The notes beneath the pieces are model-generated. The model saw only the letters and a list, made by a program, of their open reading frames with translations, was not told the DNA's origin and searched no databases. Shown here one piece after another: positions 45,349-56,834 of a DNA stretch of 64,000 nucleotides. Numbering within the stretch: position 1 is the first letter of the stretch; every line of letters starts with the position of its first letter. A program made the translations under genes and the position numbers. Source of the stretch: Gammaproteobacteria bacterium. GTDB taxonomy: Bacteria; Pseudomonadota; Gammaproteobacteria; Ga0077536. The DNA is taken from the NCBI GenBank assembly GCA_041984235.1, contig JBHIYN010000005.1, forward strand, positions 264,941 through 328,940. The letters are read 5' to 3'.

Positions 45349-45762
45349 TCAAGCGACGCTCTGTATGACGCGGCTCGGCACGGTGCCGCGCTTGAACAGC
45401 TGGCTCTCGACGTGGCCGGGACGAAACGCGCGTTCCAGCACCGGCAGGGTCAGGTTCGGGTCGCAGTCGCCGCACATGAACACGTCGATCGCGGCATAGC
45501 CACGCTCCGGCCAGGTATGAATCGAGATGTGGCTCTCGGCGAGGATGGTCACGCCACTCACGCCCTGGCCTTCGCCGAACGGATGGTAGTAGGAATGCAG
45601 CACGGTCGCCGCCGCGGCACGCGCGGCCTCTTCCAGGGTGCGCTCGATGAGCTCGGCATCGCTCAGGCCGTGCGCTTCCCACAGTTCGACCAGCAGGTGA
45701 TCGCCGGCATAGGCATTGCCGCCCGCGTCGGCCTTGAAATGATCGGGCTGCTGTTGCGTCAT
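45349..45762 (-). CDS. speH: S-adenosylmethionine decarboxylase proenzyme (small bacterial SpeH type)
   Basis: The ATG at 45762 forms an ATGA overlap with the speE stop. Self-processing motif ILAESHISIHTWPERGYAAIDVFMCG. Confidence 0.85.
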   Translation of the reverse strand: MTQQQPDHFKADAGGNAYAGDHLLVELWEAHGLSDAELIERTLEEAARAAAATVLHSYYHPFGEGQGVSGVTILAESHISIHTWPERGYAAIDVFMCGDCDPNLTLPVLERAFRPGHVESQLFKRGTVPSRVIQSVA

Positions 45763-46625
45763 TGTTTGTTCCCCTCGACGGCTGCGGCGATCCACGGCGG
45801 CAGCACGAAGCTGGCCGCATGGACCTCCGGCGAGTAGTGGCGGGTCGTGCCGCGCAAGGCGCCGAAGCGCTCGCGCAGCGTGGCGACGTCCGGCGTCAGC
45901 ACCGCGGCTTCGCGCCCGGCAATGCCGAAAGTCATCTCGCCGCCGTAGTACATCGGTACCGCGGCGATGTAGGCGCCGGCATGCAGACCGAGACCACGCA
46001 GCGCGGCAACCGTGCGTGCGGCTTCGTCGCGCTGGAAGAAGACCACGCCGTCCTGTGCACTGAGCGCCCCCACCGGTGACAGCGAGTCGCGGCACAGGCG
46101 GTAGAACTCGTCGGAGTACAGGGCCTCCGCGGCACCCACCGGATCGGTGGAATCGACCAGGATGGCGTCGTATTCGCCGGTATGCTCCTTGAGATACGCG
46201 AACGCGTCCTCGACCACCACGCTGACACGCGGATCGTCGAAGCAGCGGCCGCCATCGTTCAGGAACGGCAGGTGCTCGCGCGCACTGTCGATCACCTCGC
46301 GGTCGATCTCGACCAGGTCGACGTGCTCGACCGGGTGACGCAGCACCTCGCGCAGGGTACCGCCGTCACCGCCACCGACGATCATCACCTTGCGCGGCGC
46401 CTCGACCGACATCAGCGGCACGTGGGTGAGCATCTCGTGGTAGATGAACTCGTCCGCCTCGGTGGTCTGGATGATGCCGTCCAGGACCAGCACGCGGCCG
46501 AGGCCGCGTGCCCGGTAGATGGTGATCGACTGGTACTCGGTCTTCGTCTCGAACAGGATTTCGTCGTAATGGAAACCCTGGAAAGCCTGTCCGTTGTACA
46601 GGCTTTCTACGAACTGCCCGGCCAC
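45759..46625 (-). CDS. speE: Spermidine synthase (aminopropyltransferase)
   Basis: QSITIY...GRVLVLDGIIQTTEADEFIYHEMLTHVPL...VMIVGGGDGGTLREV...DSTDPVG. Confidence 0.9.
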   Translation of the reverse strand: MAGQFVESLYNGQAFQGFHYDEILFETKTEYQSITIYRARGLGRVLVLDGIIQTTEADEFIYHEMLTHVPLMSVEAPRKVMIVGGGDGGTLREVLRHPVEHVDLVEIDREVIDSAREHLPFLNDGGRCFDDPRVSVVVEDAFAYLKEHTGEYDAILVDSTDPVGAAEALYSDEFYRLCRDSLSPVGALSAQDGVVFFQRDEAARTVAALRGLGLHAGAYIAAVPMYYGGEMTFGIAGREAAVLTPDVATLRERFGALRGTTRHYSPEVHAASFVLPPWIAAAVEGNKQ

Positions 46626-46627
46626 CC

Positions 46628-47026
46628 TCAGCTCGCCTTGAGCAGGGATGCCCGGAACGCGCCGCGCTCGATGACGTGCTGTTCGACGGTCTCCGGCGCG
46701 AAGTACTTCGCGCAGCAGGCCACCGCGTCCTCGTTACTGAACGACTTGCACGAGAAGATGTCGATGTAGACCTGGCCCAGGTTCTCCGCGAAGTGCGCGC
46801 AGATGTTGGACGTCTCGATGAGCTGCAGCAGGGTGAAGCCGGCCGCATCGTAGGAATGCGTGGCAAAGTGTTCGAGCTGCGGCTCGCCGTAGGCTTTCAT
46901 CTTGATGGTGTCGACGAGATCCTTGACCCACGCGCGCAGGTTGTCGGCATCGACGAGACGTTCGCGCGGGCAGCCCGCGAGATCGAGTATGAGGTGTTGC
47001 CCCCAGACAGGTTGATGATTGGACAT
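46628..47026 (-). CDS. Divergent AdoMetDC-fold (SpeH-like) paralog
   Basis: Start at ATG 47026 (MSNHQPVWGQHLILDLAGC...). It aligns by eye with SpeH, but the processing site reads LIETSNICAHF rather than ESH. Its stop is 2 nt from the speE start. Confidence 0.7.
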   Translation of the reverse strand: MSNHQPVWGQHLILDLAGCPRERLVDADNLRAWVKDLVDTIKMKAYGEPQLEHFATHSYDAAGFTLLQLIETSNICAHFAENLGQVYIDIFSCKSFSNEDAVACCAKYFAPETVEQHVIERGAFRASLLKAS

Positions 47027-47224
47027 CGGTTTTAACCCCCATCCAGCAAGGTCTTGCGTTTCGCAGCGTTCCGCGTGGCGGAGCCCTGCGCCCAGTCGGC
47101 CCGGATTGACTCCGAACCTGGCCGAGGTCATGAAACGGCTTGGTGCACCTCCTTACAGTACTTTTCGGGCCGCCAGTCACACACGGAGACGGCGCAATGT
47201 ATAGATCCGCGAAAAATTTGCAAG

Positions 47225-47266
47225 CGAAAACTGCACCGCTTCTGAGCCCGCTCAGCAGCGGTGCAG
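47225..47266 (-). terminator. Rho-independent terminator of the GCS2/AstE/FGase operon
   Basis: On the - strand: ctgcaccgct...agcggtcag-type 10-bp stem (47231-47266), followed by TTTTCGCTT. It overlaps the stop codon of 47252..48013. Confidence 0.6.
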
Positions 47267-48013
47267 GCGCTCGGCGGCAGCGCCTAGAAACGCGGCCAGG
47301 CGGGTCGCCCAGGCGCGCTGTCCGCCGGCGTCGGTGACGAGGTCCTGGCGCAGCTCGAGCAGGACGTTGGGCAGGCCGCGCGCGAGCGGGTGCGCCGGCA
47401 GGGTGTGGTCCAGTTCGTCGACCTGGTAGGGCTGGTTGTCGCCGACGCAGAAGTCGGCGTCGCGCGCCAGCACCGCGAGCAGCGCGCGCGCCAGGCGCGT
47501 GTCGGCCCCGTACATCACGCCCAGCGCCCACGGACGGGACACACCGTGGTAGACCGGGGTGAAGCTGTGCACGGCGACGAACAGGGTTTCGCGCGCGGCA
47601 CGCATGTCCAGTAGCCCGGCGATGGTGTCGTGGTAGGGATCGAACAATGCCGCGCGGCGCGCCGCACGGGCGGCGGCGTCGAGGCCGTGGTTGCCCGGAA
47701 CGTCGGTCGCCTCGCTGCGCTCGATGATCGATTCGACGCTGTGTGGCGGCCGGTTGCAGTCGATCACCAGGCGCGAATAGTTCTGCCACACGAGGGTTGC
47801 GTCGAGCGCTTCGGAGAGGTGCTCGGCGACCGCCAGCGCACCGATGTCCCAGGCAATGTGGCGCGCGCGCTCTGCCGCGGAGACGCCCAGGTCGCCAAGC
47901 GCGCGCGGTATGCGCGCCGCGGCATGGTCACAGACCAGGAAGAACGGCGACGTGCCGTGCGGGCGCCGGCAGCCGACCGCGGCCGGCTCGTCCGCGGCCA
48001 GCAGGGGCGTCAC
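47252..48013 (-). CDS. N-formylglutamate amidohydrolase (FGase) family protein
   Basis: The GTG at 48013 forms a GTGA overlap with the upstream stop. FFLVCDHAA..IP...YSRLVIDCNR...AVHSFTP are FGase-family hallmarks as I recall. Confidence 0.75.
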   Translation of the reverse strand: MTPLLAADEPAAVGCRRPHGTSPFFLVCDHAAARIPRALGDLGVSAAERARHIAWDIGALAVAEHLSEALDATLVWQNYSRLVIDCNRPPHSVESIIERSEATDVPGNHGLDAAARAARRAALFDPYHDTIAGLLDMRAARETLFVAVHSFTPVYHGVSRPWALGVMYGADTRLARALLAVLARDADFCVGDNQPYQVDELDHTLPAHPLARGLPNVLLELRQDLVTDAGGQRAWATRLAAFLGAAAERLHRC

Positions 48014-49035
48014 GGCCGCGGCCGGCCGTCGCGGCCGATGCGTTGCATGAGGTAGCCGAGGCAATCCAGGCGCACCGCGTTGACGTCCAGCGTCAGCATC
48101 GACGGCATGGCCGGGCGCGCCAGCGTGATGCTGCCGTCGTGGTAGTCGAAGACTTCGTCGATGGCGCCGCCGCCGCCGTCCTTCACCTCGAGGCGGTGCG
48201 TGCGGTCGCGTCCCAGGCGCCCGAGCGGGGTGCCGGCCGGCAGCTCGCTGAAGTTCAGGTGATCGAGGTCGGCACGCAGCTCGAAGTCAGCCGGCGTACC
48301 GTCGAAGGAGAGACTGGCGCCGTCCGGCACGCGCACGACCCAGCCGGTGCGCAGCAGGTCGAGATCGTGCTCGGCCACCGGCGGCTCAGGGAACGCGTGC
48401 AGGTGCAGGCAGGCCTCGACGAACTCGATCGCATGCGCCGTGTTGGCGGCGACACCGGCCTTGCCGCACTCCACCGTCACCGACGGGCACAGCGCCGCCA
48501 TCGCCATCGACTGCACCCCGGTCGGCTCGGTGAAGTAGACCACGGTGCGGCTGAACAGGCGCGCGAGGTGGAAGTAGCGCTCGTCCAGCCGGTTGACGCA
48601 GCCGTAATGCGGATTCAGCCCGGTGTTGTTGTGGATGTCGAGGCTGGCGAACGGTGCGCGCGCGGCGACGTAGTCGTGCACTTCGCGCATCAGCGCCGCT
48701 TCCGGTACGTGGGCGAGCCCGGTACCCGGCCACACGCGGTTGTAGTCGTGCTGGCCGGGCAGCGTACGCAGCCCGGCGCGGGCGGCGGCGACATTGCCGA
48801 CGAACAGCAGCAGCGGGCGCGGCAGGCCGCCGTCGCGATGGCGGGCGAGCACCGCCTTGATGGCCTCGAAACCGGTGTCCTCGTTGCCATGCAGCAGGAC
48901 CGAGACGAACAACGGGGCGCCGTCACCGCCCGGCAGGTCGAACAGGGTCGGACCGGTCAGCAGCGTGGCCAGCTCCTGCGCGCGGCAGGCGTGCAGCGCG
49001 GCCGGAAAGTCGCGGCGGATGGCCAGCCCGCTCAT
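48010..49035 (-). CDS. Succinylglutamate desuccinylase/aspartoacylase (AstE/AspA, M14-like) family protein
   Basis: The ATG at 49035 forms an ATGA overlap with the upstream stop. Zinc motif VLLHGNEDTG. Confidence 0.75.
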   Translation of the reverse strand: MSGLAIRRDFPAALHACRAQELATLLTGPTLFDLPGGDGAPLFVSVLLHGNEDTGFEAIKAVLARHRDGGLPRPLLLFVGNVAAARAGLRTLPGQHDYNRVWPGTGLAHVPEAALMREVHDYVAARAPFASLDIHNNTGLNPHYGCVNRLDERYFHLARLFSRTVVYFTEPTGVQSMAMAALCPSVTVECGKAGVAANTAHAIEFVEACLHLHAFPEPPVAEHDLDLLRTGWVVRVPDGASLSFDGTPADFELRADLDHLNFSELPAGTPLGRLGRDRTHRLEVKDGGGGAIDEVFDYHDGSITLARPAMPSMLTLDVNAVRLDCLGYLMQRIGRDGRPRP

Positions 49036-50450
49036 CGCGGCCACGGCCATTGGTGCACGGGCAGGCCGCTGCGCTGGTGCTCGCAGTACGCCGCCATCAG
49101 CTTGTGCGCGTGCCGGCCCTGCGCGAGGTAGGTGGCGCGCTGCCAGGCGGCGCCGGTGAGGCCGCCGGCGCCGCGTGCGGCAATGACGCCGAGGTAGCGC
49201 TCGCGCTCCTCAGTGGCGATACCGAAGCGCGCAAGCCCGGCGTCGGCATCGTCGATGAGCGCGTCCAGCAGCCAGTCGCGCGCGTTCGCACGGCGCCCGC
49301 GATGGACCAGCTCCGCGTCGAGACCGTCGCGTGCGGCAGCGTAGAAGTTGGCGCGCGCGACCGCCGGCTCGTTGCCGAGATCGACGTCGCGCATGACCCA
49401 CTCGTGGACGAGCCCGAGATAGAGTGCCGCGTTGGCGATCATGTCCGTGTGACTCGGCCCGGCCGGCAGCGCACGGTGCTCCAGGCGCACGTGGAGACCG
49501 TCCCCGCCCTCGCCGACCAGCGGCCGGTTCCAGCGCCACACCGTGCCGTTGTGCAGGCGCAGGTGGCGCAGCGCCGCTGGCGGCGCGTCGAACAGCATCG
49601 GCAGGAGCACCGGGTAGTCGCGCCGGTTGTGTTCGAAACATTCCATCAGCGAACGCTCGAGGAAGGTGTCTTCGAAGACCACGCGCGGACGGTTCGCGGC
49701 CGCGCCGCTGACCCCGGCAATGGACTGCTCGAACAACGGGATGCGCGTCTCGTCCCACAGCAGCCGATCGAACAGCAGCGGCGCATTCACGCTCGCCGCC
49801 AGCACCGGCGCGGACAGCACCATGGACGCGTTGAAGTAACGGTGCGCGAGCGAGGCGGGCACCTTGAGATGGACCTGGAAGGAGGTCGCCGCGGCTTCCA
49901 GCATGACGTCCGCATGGCGTACCGCGAGGTGCTCGCGGCCGCGGATGTCGATGTCCAGCGGACGGCCGCGGTTGGCGCGCAGGAGCTCGTGGTTGAGGGC
50001 GTAGTAGCGCTTCAGCGGCGAGATGTTGGCCAGCGAGAGATCGGCATCGCGGATGGTCGGCAGGGTACCGATCATGACCAGGTGGGTGTCGAGCGCGTGG
50101 GCGGTGGCATTGCAGCGATCCCACAAGCGGGCGAGACCCTGCTCGGCTTCGCTGAACGTGGCCGGCGTAAAGTGGCGCACCGGCGTGTTCAGCTCGACGT
50201 TGAAACGCGACAGCTCGGGCACCACGTCGTCGTCGTCCAGCGCCGCCAGCAGCGCCTCGTTGACCGGGTTGGGCCACAGCCCGTGGTCGAGCAGCCAGGC
50301 CTCGAGCTCGAAGCCCCAGGTGTAGCCCTGCTCGGACAGCGCGCCGTCGGCAAAGAGCCCGGCGAGGAGATCGGTTTCGGCGTCCAGGCGCGCGGAGAAG
50401 GCCGCGAAGTCATCCGGCCCGAATTCGCTCCTGGAGATTTCTTCGCCCAT
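49032..50450 (-). CDS. GCS2-family carboxylate-amine ligase (YbdK/EgtA-like)
   Basis: Start at ATG 50450 (MGEEISRSEF...). GFELEAWLLD..., SRFNVELNT and TSFQVHLKV are typical of glutamate-cysteine ligase family 2. 472 aa. Confidence 0.75.
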   Translation of the reverse strand: MGEEISRSEFGPDDFAAFSARLDAETDLLAGLFADGALSEQGYTWGFELEAWLLDHGLWPNPVNEALLAALDDDDVVPELSRFNVELNTPVRHFTPATFSEAEQGLARLWDRCNATAHALDTHLVMIGTLPTIRDADLSLANISPLKRYYALNHELLRANRGRPLDIDIRGREHLAVRHADVMLEAAATSFQVHLKVPASLAHRYFNASMVLSAPVLAASVNAPLLFDRLLWDETRIPLFEQSIAGVSGAAANRPRVVFEDTFLERSLMECFEHNRRDYPVLLPMLFDAPPAALRHLRLHNGTVWRWNRPLVGEGGDGLHVRLEHRALPAGPSHTDMIANAALYLGLVHEWVMRDVDLGNEPAVARANFYAAARDGLDAELVHRGRRANARDWLLDALIDDADAGLARFGIATEERERYLGVIAARGAGGLTGAAWQRATYLAQGRHAHKLMAAYCEHQRSGLPVHQWPWPR

Positions 50451-50558
50451 CGGCGCAACCCGCGGTGGTCGGCGCGACAAAGGCCGCGCGGTCAGCAAAG
50501 CGGGCGATTATACGCAGCCGGCGGGACCCCCCGGGCGGACTTGCGGGGCCATCGAACC

Positions 50559-50572
50559 TGCAATATAGTGCA
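50559..50572. promoter_or_regulatory. TGCA-N6-TGCA operator candidate 1 (BzdR/BoxR type)
   Basis: tgcaATATAGtgca, in the 170-nt divergent region between the GCS2 operon and the boxR-like gene. Confidence 0.5.
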
Positions 50573-50593
50573 TTATCTGCCATCAACAAATAC

Positions 50594-50607
50594 TGCACTA
50601 TCGTGCA
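50594..50607. promoter_or_regulatory. TGCA-N6-TGCA operator candidate 2 (BzdR/BoxR type)
   Basis: tgcaCTATCGtgca, 35 bp from candidate 1 and 14 nt upstream of ATG 50621. Confidence 0.5.
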
Positions 50608-50620
50608 TGAGCCAGCCCCC

Positions 50621-51505
50621 ATGCCGCAACCCTCGCCGCTTGCCGACGCCCCGGGTGACGCCTACCTCGCCGAGCTCGGTCGGCGTGTGCGACAGGTGCG
50701 CGCGCGACGCGGCATGTCACGGCGCATCCTGGCGGCCGCATCGGGCATCTCCGAGCGCTACCTCGCGCAGCTCGAGGGCGGCAAGGCCAACCCCACCGTG
50801 ATGGTGCTGGGCGCGGTCGCGAGCGCCATGCATATGGCGATCGACGATCTCGTCGACCCGGTGGCGGCACCCTCGTCCGACTACCTGCTGCTGCGCGAGC
50901 GCCTGCGGCATGCCGACGCCGACACGCTCGCCGCCCTGCGCGAGGCGCTGGAGCGTGACGAGGACGCGCACGGCGCACGCACCCATGTCGCCCTCATCGG
51001 CCTGCGCGGCGCCGGCAAGAGCACGCTGGGCGAAGCGCTGGCCCGCGAGCTCGGCCTGCCGTTCGTCGAGCTGGGCGAGGCGATCGAGCGCGAGGCCGGG
51101 ATGGCGATCGGCGAGATCTTCTCGCTCGGCGGCCAGACCACCTACCGCCGCCTCGAGCGCGAGGCCCTGCGGGCCTGCCTGCAGCGCTTCGAGCGCGCCG
51201 TGATCGCGGTCGGCGGCAGCCTGGTTTCCGAGCCGGAAACCTACGACCTCCTGCTCTCCCGCTGCTTCACCGTGTGGCTGAGAGCGGCGCCGCACGAGCA
51301 CATGGCCCGCGTCGTGGCCCAGGGCGATCACCGGCCGATGGCCGATCACCGCCATGCCATGGCCGACCTCAAGCGCATCCTCGCCGAGCGCCAGGCGCTC
51401 TACGCGCGTGCCGACGCCACCGTCGACACTACCGACCAGACCCCGCAGCAGTCGCTTGGTGCACTGCTCGAACTCGATGCCGTGCGCACGCTCGCGCCGG
51501 CCTGA
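50621..51505 (+). CDS. boxR: BoxR/BzdR-type regulator (XRE HTH + shikimate-kinase-like domain)
   Basis: HTH ...ILAAASGISERYLAQLEGGKANPTV... followed by a P-loop domain, VALIGLRGAGKSTLGEALARELGLPFVELGEAIE. An alternative GTG start lies at 50603. Confidence 0.8.
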   Translation: MPQPSPLADAPGDAYLAELGRRVRQVRARRGMSRRILAAASGISERYLAQLEGGKANPTVMVLGAVASAMHMAIDDLVDPVAAPSSDYLLLRERLRHADADTLAALREALERDEDAHGARTHVALIGLRGAGKSTLGEALARELGLPFVELGEAIEREAGMAIGEIFSLGGQTTYRRLEREALRACLQRFERAVIAVGGSLVSEPETYDLLLSRCFTVWLRAAPHEHMARVVAQGDHRPMADHRHAMADLKRILAERQALYARADATVDTTDQTPQQSLGALLELDAVRTLAPA

Positions 51506-51519
51506 TCAACGGAGCGATC

Positions 51520-53226
51520 ATGTCCACCGCAGCCCTGACCACTGACGATGCCGTCACCGCGCCGGCACCCGCCCCCGCCATCGACTTCCGCACCCATCCG
51601 GATCGCTATCGCCACTGGCGCCTGCGTATCGAGGACGGGGTTGCCTGGCTCGGTCTCGACGTCGACGAGCAGGCCACCCTCGGCGACGGCTACGAGCTCA
51701 AGCTCAACTCCTACGACCTCGGCGTCGACATCGAGCTGGCCGACGCCGTCGAACGCCTGCGCTTCGAGCACCCGGAGGTCGGCAGCGTGGTGCTGCATTC
51801 GCTCAAGGAGCGCGTATTCTGCGCCGGCGCCAACATCAAAATGCTCGGCCGTGCGACGCACGCGCACAAGGTCAATTTCTGCAAGTTCACCAACGAGACC
51901 CGCAACGGCATCGAGAATGCCACCCGCGAGTCGCGGCAGACCTGGCTGTGCGCGGTGCGCGGCTCCTGTGCCGGTGGCGGCTACGAGCTGGCGCTGGCCT
52001 GCGACGAGATCATCCTCGCCGACGACGGTGCGAGCGCGGTGTCGCTGCCCGAGCTGCCGCTGCTCGCGGTGCTGCCGGGTACCGGCGGCCTCACGCGCCT
52101 GGTCGACAAGCGCGGCGTGCGCCGCGACCGCGCGGATTTCTTCTGCACCACCGAGGAAGGCGTGCGCGGCAAGCGTGCGCTGCAGTGGGGCCTGGTCGAT
52201 CGCGTGGTGCCGTCCTCGGCGTTCGACGATGCCGTCGCCGAGCGCGCCGCCGAGCTCGCTGCGGCCAGCGATCGGCCGCGTCATGCGCGCGGCGTCGAGC
52301 TGACCCCGATCGCGCGCCGCTTCAGCGCCGACGGTATCCGTTACGACAACCTCGAGGTCAGCATCGATCGCGAGCGGCGCACCGCGACCTTCCTGGTGCG
52401 CGGCCCGCTCGACGCGGTACCCGACAGCGTCGAAGGCATCCTCGCCGAGGGCGCCGCGTTCTGGCCGCTGGCGGTGATGCGTGAGCTCGACGACGCCATT
52501 CTCCACCTGCGCTTCAACGAGGAGGAGATCGGCACCTGGATCTTCACCAGCAACGGCGACGCCGATCACGTGCTGGCCGCCGATGCCGTGCTCGAACGCC
52601 ACGCCGATCACTGGTTCGTGCGCGAGGTGGCGCTGTTCGCCGAGCGCGTGCTGAAGCGCATCGACGTGTCCGCGCGCAGCCTGCTCGCGGTCGTCGAGCC
52701 CGGCAGCTGCTTCGCCGGCACCCTGCTCGAACTGGTCCTTGCCGCCGACCAGAGCTACATGCTGAGCGGGCAGTTCGAGGACGACGACACCCCGCCGGCG
52801 ACGATCGCGATGAGTGCGCTCAACTTCGGGCGCCTGCGCATGGTCAACGGCATCACCCGCCTCGAGGCGCGCTTCATCCACGCGCCCGAGGCCGTGCAGA
52901 CGCTGGCTGCACGTACGGGTGAGCCGATGGCGGCCGAAGACGCCGAGGCCGCCGGGCTGGTGACCTTCATCCCCGACGACATCGACTGGGAGGACGAGCT
53001 GCGCATCGTCATCGAGGCACGCGCCGGCTTCTCGCCGGACGCGCTCACCGGCATGGAAGCCAACCTGCGCTTCGTCGGGCCGGAAACCATGGAATCGAAG
53101 ATCTTCTCGCGCCTGTCGGCGTGGCAGAACTGGATCTTCCAGCGCCCCAACGCGGTCGGCGAGCAAGGCGCCCTGGTGCTCTACGGCAGCGGCGAGCGCC
53201 CCCAATTTCACACCCGCCGCGTCTGA
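51520..53226 (+). CDS. boxC: 2,3-epoxybenzoyl-CoA dihydrolase / benzoyl-CoA-dihydrodiol lyase (crotonase superfamily)
   Basis: ATG 51520 preceded by GGAG. 568 aa. ...HWRLRIEDGVAWLGLDV...LNSYDLGVDIEL...FCAGANI.... Its position next to boxB supports the call. Confidence 0.85.
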   Translation: MSTAALTTDDAVTAPAPAPAIDFRTHPDRYRHWRLRIEDGVAWLGLDVDEQATLGDGYELKLNSYDLGVDIELADAVERLRFEHPEVGSVVLHSLKERVFCAGANIKMLGRATHAHKVNFCKFTNETRNGIENATRESRQTWLCAVRGSCAGGGYELALACDEIILADDGASAVSLPELPLLAVLPGTGGLTRLVDKRGVRRDRADFFCTTEEGVRGKRALQWGLVDRVVPSSAFDDAVAERAAELAAASDRPRHARGVELTPIARRFSADGIRYDNLEVSIDRERRTATFLVRGPLDAVPDSVEGILAEGAAFWPLAVMRELDDAILHLRFNEEEIGTWIFTSNGDADHVLAADAVLERHADHWFVREVALFAERVLKRIDVSARSLLAVVEPGSCFAGTLLELVLAADQSYMLSGQFEDDDTPPATIAMSALNFGRLRMVNGITRLEARFIHAPEAVQTLAARTGEPMAAEDAEAAGLVTFIPDDIDWEDELRIVIEARAGFSPDALTGMEANLRFVGPETMESKIFSRLSAWQNWIFQRPNAVGEQGALVLYGSGERPQFHTRRV

Positions 53227-53244
53227 CGGCGAAGGAAACGAAGC

Positions 53245-54662
<1,418 letters not shown>

Positions 54663-54666
<4 letters not shown>

Positions 54667-54982
54667 GCATGGGCACCGTTATCGCCACCGACCGCGACGG
54701 CCGCGAGCACCGCCTCGAGGCGTCGCCCGGCTACACCCTGATGGAGATCCTGCGCGACGCCGGCCTGCCGGTGGAGGCGATCTGCGGCGGGCAGTGCATC
54801 TGCTCGACCTGCCATGTCTACGTCGACCCGGAATGGGCCGAACGGCTCGCGCCGCGCGCCGCCGACGAGCAGGTCATGGTGGAAGACTCCGGCCACTTCC
54901 AGGAAAACTCCCGCCTCGCCTGCCAGGTCCCGTACGTCGAGACGCTCGACGGCATCCGCCTCACGCTCGCGCCCGAATACTG

Positions 54983-54983
<1 letters not shown>
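54663..54983 (+). CDS. [2Fe-2S] ferredoxin, adrenodoxin/putidaredoxin type
   Basis: The GTG start forms a GTGA overlap with the boxB stop; an alternative ATG lies at 54669. Cluster motif CGGQCICSTCHVYVD...LACQV. Confidence 0.8.
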
Positions 54984-56554
<1,571 letters not shown>

Positions 56555-56834
56555 CTTGTGCTTTGACAGGGGAAACAACACAATGACGCGCATAGCGCCG
56601 ATGGGCGCGGCAAACCAGCCGCAGCCGCGCGGAACCGGGTCGGGGAGGCTCGCCGCACGGCATAACTAAACCCACGGCGAAGGCCGCACGCTGACCGGGC
56701 CTCATTCATCGCTACGTGACCCGATGCTGGTAACTGACTCACCCACGATCGTGCGCGCGTTCGCCGCGCACGCGCCGATCCGCCGCGCGCCGCCGCGGTA
56801 TGGCGGCGCGCGCCCGCGCTGACGCGGCACCGCG

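Noticed and set aside
47027-47224. Possible SAM or polyamine riboswitch in the leader of the spermidine operon
   Set aside because: I could not match the leader to any riboswitch consensus I know (SAM-I/II/V, SAM-SAH). The upstream in-frame ATG at 47131 lacks a correctly spaced RBS. It is kept only as a note inside the operon finding. A covariance-model scan (Rfam) would decide.
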